Origin: Candidatus Adlerbacteria bacterium | GTDB lineage: Bacteria; Patescibacteriota; Minisyncoccia; Phycocordibacterales; SBAW01 | Direction: 5' to 3' | Length of the DNA stretch: 64,000 bases | NCBI GenBank assembly: GCA_903851045.1 | Contig: CAINNF010000023.1 | Coordinates: 202-64,201, forward strand | Part shown: piece after piece, positions 50,481-57,869 of the stretch | How the letters are laid out: every line of letters starts with the position of its first letter | How positions within the stretch are numbered: position 1 is the first letter of the stretch | The notes under the pieces: model-generated | Told to the model about the DNA's origin: nothing | Databases searched by the model: none | Seen by the model: the letters and a program-made list of their open reading frames with translations, nothing else | Program-made: the position numbers and the translations under genes

Positions 50481-51245
50481 ATGCTGGAGCCTCGCACACA
50501 ACTACTTCGACTCGGACTGAGCGATTCGGAAGTGACCGTCTATATGGCGATGTTGTCCGGCGTGCACACCGCGCGCAACCTCGTGAAGGTCACCCGCCTC
50601 AAGCGACCGACCGTCTATTACGTGCTCGGCTGTCTTGAGAAGCGAGGGTTGGTCAGCAAGACTGGCCGCGACGGAGACGGCCTCGTGGTCGAGCCCGCGG
50701 GGAAACTTGCCGTCATCGCGAAAGAGAGGTCGTTAGAGGCGCTGCAGCAACAAGCCGACATCGAAGCGTTGGTCCCGATCCTGACCGCAACCATGTCGAC
50801 ACCGAGCCAAAAGCCCACGGTCGCCTTCTTCGAAGGAGCGGGTGCGGTGAGGAGCGCGATCATGGAGACCTTGTATGGCAAAAGCAAACAGATTGACTCG
50901 ATCATCCCGGCGCAAAACTTCTTTTGGCAGACAGGCGCGGATTTCGTCGAGCTGTTCGTGACCGAACGAACGAGCCGCAAAATTAAAACAAGAAATTTGT
51001 GGGAAACACCAGCAAGTAAGGCGGTGATGAGACGGTACTACGAAGGGCTGTCCCAAGTACGTATACTGCCCAGCATCATGCATGGAAAATTCCAGACGAG
51101 CATCTTTGTGTACGGCGACACGACCCTGTATGTCGCATCCAAGAGCGCGAGCTACTGCGTACGCATCACATCCAAGGACCACACTGACGCCGTACGAGCG
51201 ATGTTCGACGGCATATGGAGCACCGCTGTCCCCCACGAAACTTAG
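50481..51245 (+). CDS. TrmB-family transcriptional regulator
   Basis: LGLSDSEVTVY..KRPTVYYVL..LEKRGLVS; FFEG; paralog of 1516-2286. Confidence 0.8.
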   Translation: MLEPRTQLLRLGLSDSEVTVYMAMLSGVHTARNLVKVTRLKRPTVYYVLGCLEKRGLVSKTGRDGDGLVVEPAGKLAVIAKERSLEALQQQADIEALVPILTATMSTPSQKPTVAFFEGAGAVRSAIMETLYGKSKQIDSIIPAQNFFWQTGADFVELFVTERTSRKIKTRNLWETPASKAVMRRYYEGLSQVRILPSIMHGKFQTSIFVYGDTTLYVASKSASYCVRITSKDHTDAVRAMFDGIWSTAVPHET

Positions 51246-52498
51246 TCCTGGTGTTTTTTATTTCTATGCGAGAGACCTGCTCCACCAGGGAGCACGGGTG
51301 CTCCTGACGGGACGTCGACACTCGATGCGTCGTTCGCTGTCGTGGAGACGGTCGACGTACCGAGCACGTCTCCGTTCATGTCGGTCGTATCGAACAGCTG
51401 CTTGAGTATGGCAGGGCGAAAACGCTTCGATGCCTTGAGCAAGGTCTGCAGTCGGGTCGCGGCACCGATGGCGTTCGTATAGTCCGCATATGCGTCAGTG
51501 GTGTCCCCGGACGTGAGCGCGGCGTCTCCTTGGTCGAGTTGTGACTGGATACCAGCAAGGCGAGTCTGTATAGCGGCAGCGGTCGTAGTATCGAGCGAGC
51601 CACCAAGTGCAGCGTACTGACCTTGCACATCGGATAGACTTCGTTTCGCTTGGCGAGCCAGTTGGCCGACCGCACTGGACGAGACGGGAGGAGTGGCGGT
51701 CGTGGATGCAGTATCCGTAACCACCGCGGGCACACTAGGGGTAGTGGTCGCGGTCGTCTCGACACCACGCATGTCGCTATGCTTCAGACGGCTGCGCGAG
51801 TCCGCGAACATGAATCCGTTCGTGCTCGATGAGACATGACGAGCGACAAAAGCTCCGTGCGCGAAATCGCTCTGCACCGCCTGAGACAGCGCGAAAGAGT
51901 CCCTTCGTATCCCCTTCTTTGAACTCCTGTCCGCTATACTCGCGAGCACCGCATCGTCGGCCGCAAGACTCGAGGAAAGTTGGGTCGCTATTTGAGTCGA
52001 GGCAGCCGGGTTGGTCGTGGCGATGTTCCGTGCGATGGTCTGGGCGATGTCCATGTGCGAGGTTAGATTTTGCTGGATCTCCATTGTGGTCGTCGCATCG
52101 AGCGTACCGCGCACCGCGAGCTGTTGCGCCTCTTCGAGTCGGCGCTCTGCCAAGCTCGCGTGCACTTGCGCCTTGGCGACCGGCGAGACCGCGAGCGCCG
52201 CTTGTACCTGTTCGTTCACCGAGATCTTCACCGGGTATAGGAAGTCGCCCGGGAGCGACCCCTGCGCCGCATAGCTCGTACCGCCGACACTCATCACCAC
52301 CAAGAGCAAAAGTGCCACGAACGACACCGCGCGGTGCATCACCACGAACTGATAGGGGCTGCGTACCGCCTTTGGGCGAGCGGTCGACCCCACGACCGCC
52401 ATATGCGACCGAAGGTTCGTGCGCAGCAAAGCCCGCTCAGTGTTGCTGAGTCGTCTGTCGCTTGCAGCGGTGTGTAATTTTGTATGTAAGGTGTTCAT
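51242..52498 (-). CDS. Putative anti-sigma factor (DUF5667-like, one TM)
   Basis: SLPGDFLYPVK..NE..AERRLEEA; overlaps the stop of the ECF sigma gene. Confidence 0.7.
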   Translation of the reverse strand: MNTLHTKLHTAASDRRLSNTERALLRTNLRSHMAVVGSTARPKAVRSPYQFVVMHRAVSFVALLLLVVMSVGGTSYAAQGSLPGDFLYPVKISVNEQVQAALAVSPVAKAQVHASLAERRLEEAQQLAVRGTLDATTTMEIQQNLTSHMDIAQTIARNIATTNPAASTQIATQLSSSLAADDAVLASIADRSSKKGIRRDSFALSQAVQSDFAHGAFVARHVSSSTNGFMFADSRSRLKHSDMRGVETTATTTPSVPAVVTDTASTTATPPVSSSAVGQLARQAKRSLSDVQGQYAALGGSLDTTTAAAIQTRLAGIQSQLDQGDAALTSGDTTDAYADYTNAIGAATRLQTLLKASKRFRPAILKQLFDTTDMNGDVLGTSTVSTTANDASSVDVPSGAPVLPGGAGLSHRNKKHQD

Positions 52499-53019
52499 GA
52501 CTCGGGTTCGAGCAGCACTTTCAATTTCTTTAATCCTCGGTGGATGCGCACGGACACGACGTTCTCGCTCTCGTCCAACACCACGGATATCTCCTGGGGA
52601 CTCATACCCTCGACATATCGCAGCAGCAACACTTCGCGGTAGAGGTCGGGTAGTTCGGCCAACACCTGGAGCACCCGCTTCCCTTCGAAACGCTCGACGG
52701 CCGCCTCGAACGTGTTGGTGTCATCGGTCGGGAGCAGTCGCTCCACCGACTCGTCCTCGGCCAGCATCATACCTTCGAGCGACACGGTCTTGTGTTTGCG
52801 ATACTCGTCGATGATGAGGTGCCGGAGCGTCCGAAACAGGAATGGTCGGTACTCGCGGACCTCGTTGCCTCTCGCGACATACTCCCACACGCGCATGAAC
52901 GTCTCCTGGACCAACTCGACCGCGCGTTCGCGCTCTGGTAGCCGAAGCGAGGCGTGTCGAAAGAGCTCGTCGGTATGGGCTTCGAACGCTTGTTCAAATT
53001 CTTTATTCGTATCTGTCAT
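52495..53019 (-). CDS. ECF sigma-70 factor
   Basis: ELVQETF.RVW, IIDEYRK, LPDLYREVLLLRY..EIS..VSVRIHRG. Confidence 0.92.
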   Translation of the reverse strand: MTDTNKEFEQAFEAHTDELFRHASLRLPERERAVELVQETFMRVWEYVARGNEVREYRPFLFRTLRHLIIDEYRKHKTVSLEGMMLAEDESVERLLPTDDTNTFEAAVERFEGKRVLQVLAELPDLYREVLLLRYVEGMSPQEISVVLDESENVVSVRIHRGLKKLKVLLEPES

Positions 53020-53092
53020 GGTAGACGCAGCAACAAGGCTTTTCTTTCACACCAAAGGTGTGCCGCCCGCCACAGGCCCCCTTACTATACCG

Positions 53093-53115
53093 AAACACAA
53101 AAAATCCCCAAGGGG
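53093..53115 (+). repeat. 23-bp direct repeat, copy 1
   Basis: AAACACAAAAAATCCCCAAGGGG, identical at 53669-53691. Confidence 0.85.
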
Positions 53116-53229
53116 ATCCTTTGTTCGACGCTGGACACAACCTTTTCGTCCTTTTGGACTCATCAGCTCAAACGCACATTTGAGTAAGGTTGGGAGCTTT
53201 TATAGGCGCTCCCAAACCAGTGGGTGGAA

Positions 53230-53547
53230 TCAAAACCGGTCTCGTCGGGAGTCGGTGAAGAAATACACCCCCACCCGCTTGAATAAATTTATATAGCCAA
53301 TTACCAGGGCGGTGACCGCCGCCGCCGCAAGAACTACGACGGCCCATGACGACAAATAGAGGATCTTCTCTCCCTCGATCGTCGTGGGACGCCCCGCGAA
53401 CCAGTAGTAATGCAGCGAGATGTAGATGTTTTCTACCACTCGCGGCGCGACGGTCTGGCAGAAAGGCACAGCGAAGCAGACCATGATGACGATAAAAAAT
53501 ACCCACTCAAAGAAATACTTTTCAAAGAACTTCGTCAAGGTCCGCAC
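53230..53547 (-). CDS. Small membrane protein
   Basis: GTG start with AAAGGAGG; two TM segments; promoter TTGACA-N17-TATCCT at about 53622-53650. Confidence 0.6.
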   Translation of the reverse strand: MRTLTKFFEKYFFEWVFFIVIMVCFAVPFCQTVAPRVVENIYISLHYYWFAGRPTTIEGEKILYLSSWAVVVLAAAAVTALVIGYINLFKRVGVYFFTDSRRDRF

Positions 53548-53668
53548 TTCAACCTCCTTTCGTTGCAGTCACCGTGTTTTGGTGACCTTGATACGTGCAG
53601 AGAGAAGCCCTGCACTCCTCTAGGATATAGGTATCGGAGACACTTGTCAAGTAATAAGAAATGTTGTA

Positions 53669-53691
53669 AAACACAAAAAATCCCCAAGGGG
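53669..53691 (+). repeat. 23-bp direct repeat, copy 2
   Basis: Identical to 53093-53115; reads as a short hairpin plus T-run on the minus strand. Confidence 0.85.
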
Positions 53692-53694
53692 CCA

Positions 53695-53963
53695 CAGATC
53701 ATCGACAGCGCTTAGAGGAGAGAGATTTACCCGGGCCGAAGCCTCGGTATCTTACTCACGCTGTGTCTGATCTGAAGCCCTTCAGGGACTTCTGTCATAT
53801 TCCGCACCATCAGGACTCCTCTCGAGAATCCTGTACCAGGGAGCTATCCCCTCTTGAATCCATCATTCGACCTTGCTCATGGCACATGAGTCGTCAAATG
53901 GTGTGCTCAAGAGAGGGCACCGACACGAGGGTCGATGCCAAGTTTGTACGCACGAAAGAACTT
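53695..53963 (-). ncRNA. Candidate structured RNA (3' trailer of the locus)
   Basis: Multiple hairpins including cUUCGg; homologous to 56827-56980 and complementary to 57682-57737. Confidence 0.45.
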
Positions 53964-54725
53964 TTACATGATCTTGAACTTCTGCGGCTTCTCCTTCCGC
54001 CGCCACTTCCAGCTGCGGTGGGGCTGGCGCGCGTAGTCGTCCTTTTTTTCCCCGGAAGAGTGATCACGCGACCCACCCCACTGCGGAGCGACTGGCACCG
54101 ACCACTCATCATCTTCTCCCGCCCCATACCACGGGTGGAAAAAGTCGAAGTGGTCGTCGCGGATCTCCAGTATCGCGCCGTTGTCGTCGCCTGAGGCATA
54201 TTGTTTGCCCACAGGCAACACTTCCTCGGCGTACGACAAGTCGTCGTCAAGGAAGTCGTCCGGGTCGCCCAGCAGCTCCTCCTCGGGCGCCGGGTCGAAT
54301 TTCACAGGACGGTCCATATCCTCGAGTGCCTGGGCGATCGCCCAGGGCCGGCACGAAGACCGCGGCCAGCGCCACTTGTAGTCCCGCCGGTTCTTCCAGC
54401 AGCGGAAGTCCCGACGACGATTATGGGGGATTCGATCCAACGGGCGCCAAGACAACATGTCGTACACGTCGGACATGTCGTCGTACTCATAGTCTGCCGC
54501 CCGAGCATTTATCCGCTTGCTTTTGACACGGATGCGCAGAGCTTCCCGAAGGTTGCCCAACGCCGTACCGGTCGCAAACGGAATTCCGTTCCGAAGATAG
54601 ACGACCGGGATTTCGCGAGCAAACTCGCGAAGCCTCGCTTCCACTTCACCTGTATTCATCACCACCGAGGTGGCGCGACACTCTTTCAAGCGCAGGGTAT
54701 CCAAAGACATCCCTCCTCTCGTCAA
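53964..54725 (-). CDS. Hypothetical protein with two R(S/C)WKxRR motifs and an acidic middle
   Basis: RCWKNRRDYKW and RSWKWRRKEKPQ; start either 54725 or ATG at 54710. Confidence 0.6.
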   Translation of the reverse strand: MTRGGMSLDTLRLKECRATSVVMNTGEVEARLREFAREIPVVYLRNGIPFATGTALGNLREALRIRVKSKRINARAADYEYDDMSDVYDMLSWRPLDRIPHNRRRDFRCWKNRRDYKWRWPRSSCRPWAIAQALEDMDRPVKFDPAPEEELLGDPDDFLDDDLSYAEEVLPVGKQYASGDDNGAILEIRDDHFDFFHPWYGAGEDDEWSVPVAPQWGGSRDHSSGEKKDDYARQPHRSWKWRRKEKPQKFKIM

Positions 54726-54750
54726 TAGCCAGCCAAAAAAACAAAACTAT

Positions 54751-54825
54751 ATCCGACCACCGCACGAACCGAAGTTCCTGCGGCAGATAAGATAGGCGAG
54801 CACCAGGAATCTCCTGATGCTCGCC
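54751..54825 (-). repeat. Two-hairpin structured repeat, copy 1
   Basis: GGCGAGC..GCTCGCC-TATCTTATCTGCCGCAGGAACTTCGGTTCGTGCGGTGGTCGGAT. Confidence 0.85.
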
Positions 54826-54830
54826 GAAGT

Positions 54831-55294
54831 TTGTGAGGGACTGCCCCTTAGTCCCAGCCTGCAGCCGAATGCTTTCGCACCCGATGACAGTAGCTTCGGC
54901 GCTTGTGCGCGCCGGGCTGGTATCAGAGTTCCATCGTGGGGATTATCGCTGTCATTCTCACCCCCAGATCCTCTTGATGGTTTGGCGAGTTTCATCACTC
55001 GGGAGATCTGCTTCTCCTGGCTCACCACTTCCGCTGGTGACGCGTTGGTTTTATTCTTTTGGCTCATGGAGACTTGTGCGGCTTGTGCGTTGTGACACAG
55101 GGTGCCTCGTACTGATGCGGTGCGAAATCATTCACCCGCGCCTGAGGACAAGGTCCACCGTGTGAAGATACCGCCCTTCGCCTTTGCTCCACTCCCCAAA
55201 CAGGAGACTCTACTCCTGACCCCAGGTTCGGCATGAAGGAATTTCTCATACCTAGGTCATTTATCTAAGCGCCGACCCTGGCGCGTCCTCACAA
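54831..55294 (-). ncRNA. Candidate ~465 nt structured RNA between repeat copies
   Basis: Closing helix TTGTGAGG/CCTCACAA; internal stems with GAAA loop; no credible ORF. Confidence 0.45.
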
Positions 55295-55330
55295 GCCCAA
55301 CGCAACCTCCTTTCCAATTTCCCTCTCATG

Positions 55331-55408
55331 ATCCAACCACCGCACGAACCGAAGCTCCTGCGGTAGATAAGATGGGCGAGCCAAACAGGAACCTCCTGCT
55401 GCTCGCCC
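55331..55408 (-). repeat. Two-hairpin structured repeat, copy 2
   Basis: GGGCGAGC..GCTCGCCC-ATCTTATCTACCGCAGGAGCTTCGGTTCGTGCGGTGGTTGGAT. Confidence 0.85.
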
Positions 55409-55414
55409 CTTGCT

Positions 55415-55681
55415 TCAATGAACCTTTCGCTTTCTCAATGCCGCCACCTCGACGAGATAGACGCCTTCGGGCTTACACTTCGGGCAGTCGCCCGAGAATG
55501 TGAGCCTGGCGCCAACTGCCCCACTTCGGAGCTCCTGGCCGAGAGCCGTATCGAGACTCTTCGTCATGAACTTCCTTGCGGTCTCTTCCGTTGCCGGGTA
55601 CGAGCCGCAATGTTCACACACGAAGATGAATGTACGTTCGGGGGGTGGAACCCCGGTAACAATCTTTTTTCGCCGAGTCAC
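55415..55681 (-). CDS. Small Zn-finger protein
   Basis: CEHC...CPKC; GGAGG RBS with GTG start. Confidence 0.6.
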   Translation of the reverse strand: MTRRKKIVTGVPPPERTFIFVCEHCGSYPATEETARKFMTKSLDTALGQELRSGAVGARLTFSGDCPKCKPEGVYLVEVAALRKRKVH

Positions 55682-55683
55682 GA

Positions 55684-56166
55684 CTACCTCCTTCCGGCAT
55701 GCAGAGCCGGGTTACGGTTACGCTGCACCGGCGAGGGCGAGACTTGCGCCCGACCCAGGCGGCGCTCGAACTCTCGAGCAATACGCCGGGCGAGCGCTGG
55801 CAAATCTCCGAGGTCTTCCTCGCAGACCAAGACATCAGCCTTGGTCGCGTCTTTCGCGGTATTTTTGGTGACGTCGATCGTCACCGTAACCCCGTCAAAG
55901 ACGAATACACCATCGACTCCGTGCATATAGTCGAGCACGGAGCCGAGAGCCGAGCGAAACTGAATCGTTTCACCCAGCAGAATCCGCAGCTCCCGTAAAA
56001 TACGGGTTACGGTCGGAGTGCGTATTGGAGGCTGGCGAGCAGTAAGCACCACCTCCATCGCTGCGTCGTACGGCAGATAGTCGCCGCGACGCGCAACGAC
56101 TGCGCATACCCCCAGCACCCTCTCCTCAAAGAGGCCGCCGGTTTCGCCAGTCATACGATTACTCAC
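55684..56166 (-). CDS. Hypothetical protein, possible PD-(D/E)xK-like fold
   Basis: LDYMHGVDGVF...TIDVTK; GGAGGAGG RBS. Confidence 0.6.
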   Translation of the reverse strand: MSNRMTGETGGLFEERVLGVCAVVARRGDYLPYDAAMEVVLTARQPPIRTPTVTRILRELRILLGETIQFRSALGSVLDYMHGVDGVFVFDGVTVTIDVTKNTAKDATKADVLVCEEDLGDLPALARRIAREFERRLGRAQVSPSPVQRNRNPALHAGRR

Positions 56167-56194
56167 GGCAACCTCCTCCTTTTTTCTCTATTTG

Positions 56195-56279
56195 ATCCAA
56201 CCACCGCACGAACCGAAGCTCCTGCGGCAGATAAGATGGGCGAGCCAGATCACAGGTACCTCCTGTTCTCCTCTCGCCC
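56195..56279 (-). repeat. Two-hairpin structured repeat, copy 3
   Basis: GGGCGAG..CTCGCCC-ATCTTATCTGCCGCAGGAGCTTCGGTTCGTGCGGTGGTTGGAT. Confidence 0.85.
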
Positions 56280-56378
56280 TTTTTCTTAAACCTTTCCTTT
56301 ACATCCCCGAACATCGGGGAACTCTGTTGGAAGTACCGCCGACCAAGGCGGACCCCCAACTATTTTAACCAGCGGCCG

Positions 56379-56769
56379 TTAGGCCGCCCGACGAACCTCC
56401 TCCGTTGCGTCGTCCATCAAGTCGGCCGCCGAGTCGGCCAGCCGCTGGGCCTTCAGCTGCGCGGCACGGGCCGCCTTCAGCTCCGTGTAGGCAGAGTCTG
56501 GCGCTTGCCACTCCCGCAACAACTCCAGCGCCTTCGCATGACCAAGCCCCATGGGTCCGATCATGTGGGGGATGTGCGCGAGCAGCAGTTCATTCTTGTG
56601 GGCGTCGTTGGCGCTCTCCAGCGCCTTCATATCGGCGGGGGTCGCCCCGTCCCGCACCAGGATGGCGCGGGCGGCGGCGTAGCCGCACCCCGTCTCCTCG
56701 TTTACCATGGCGCGCAGCTGCGCCTCGGAGAAGTTCCGGTGGGTCGGCAGCTTGGTAACGTTGGTCATC
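56379..56769 (-). CDS. Hypothetical helical protein
   Basis: GAGGAG RBS before ATG (MTNVTKLP...). Confidence 0.6.
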
Positions 56770-56789
56770 TGAACTCTCCTCAAAGGCCA

Positions 56790-57775
56790 CCTCAGTGGCC
56801 GGTTTACCTAACTTAGGGGAACCTTTCCCCTCTTGAACCCGCCATTTGACCACATGGCTCGTCATGAGCGAAGTCGAATGATGTTCTCAAGAGAGGAGGT
56901 CAGGGCGCAAGCGCTCCTGACCCCAAGTTTGCCAGTTCAGTAATAGCTATGTTCTGAACTGGGTAGCACAAAGAACTTCATCGGTGCCGCATGACACCAC
57001 CCCTTTCAATCTTCCAATCATCGCACCCGTGCCGATGATCGGGAGATGTTAGAGTAATGGTTTTTTAAAGAGGACCACCCAACCTCTAAGCGAACACCTT
57101 AATACGTGGCGTTCGCCTCACGCGCCTTACAGCGCGCCTTCTCCGGCGTCTCCGCGAAGTGCGGAATCCGATGGGAATCGAGTGCGTAGTAAAGCATATC
57201 CAAGCCCTTTCTAGGCTTGTGCGACCTACTATGCCCACAGGTCGCGGTCGTGGGGGTTGCCACTTACCCTTTGGGGGTCGAAGTGGCGTCAGGGTCAGCA
57301 CCGAAATGCGGACCCTCTTTCCGGCATAATGGCTGCGATGCGACGATGTGGTGCGCTATCGGCTTGGCCATTGTGCTGGAGAAGAGGAACAACATTTTCT
57401 CTATCAGGACGCAAAACTATTCTGCGCCCCGCCCCGTGAGAGCAAAGCTCTTTTACGGGGGTTATTCACTATTCACCTATGGCATCGAGCGACACTGTTT
57501 AGGAGCTTGCTCGAAGGATTCTGTCAAAGACCGCTCTCTCATGGAGAGTGTGGCGTGAGCGAGTGGGCACGCGGCGTATATATGTGCCGGCCGAACTCCC
57601 TCGCGCTAGACTCTCAACGAAAAACGACTACTTCTTTAGGAGAGAAGTAGTCGTTGTCCGCCCACACGATGGCTGGGCTATAGTAAGTACCGTCAACCCA
57701 TGTCGGGCTTCTGGTGCTTTGTGACTCTCTCCTCTAAAGATGGTCTGTATGAAATTGTGAGGTGCTCGCACTTGA
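56790..57775 (-). ncRNA. About 1 kb hairpin-rich non-coding leader / candidate ncRNA(s)
   Basis: No credible ORF; many stems; internal terminator at 57620-57656. Confidence 0.45.
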
Positions 57776-57783
57776 ACAATATC

Positions 57784-57813
57784 AATATACACCCATGCTT
57801 GACATTTGTCAAG
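57784..57813 (-). promoter_or_regulatory. Sigma70 promoter with a palindrome over the -35
   Basis: TTGACA-N17-TATATT; CTTGACA-TT-TGTCAAG at 57798-57813. Confidence 0.7.
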
Positions 57814-57869
57814 GGGTCTGTCACTAACAAAGTACCGTGACGAGAAACAGGGCCTACAATAAGGGCTTT

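Noticed and set aside
54831-55294. RNase P RNA, tmRNA or group II intron
   Set aside because: No GAGGAAAGTCC, no tRNA-like ends, no domain V consensus
54751-56279. CRISPR array
   Set aside because: Repeats are 75-85 nt, separated by 0.5-0.8 kb segments, and there are no cas genes
54751-56279. Canonical integron attC sites
   Set aside because: GTTRRRY is present in two copies, but there is no RYYYAAC, the hairpin is shorter than typical attC and no integrase is in the window
56159-56359. Small ORFs 56159-56359, 54747-55067, 55064-55249 and 57086-57301
   Set aside because: They overlap structured repeats or hairpins and lack RBS or protein-like features
57700-57740. Glycine riboswitch (GGAGAGA..GCACCAGAAG)
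   Set aside because: The conserved CTCTCAGG segment is missing
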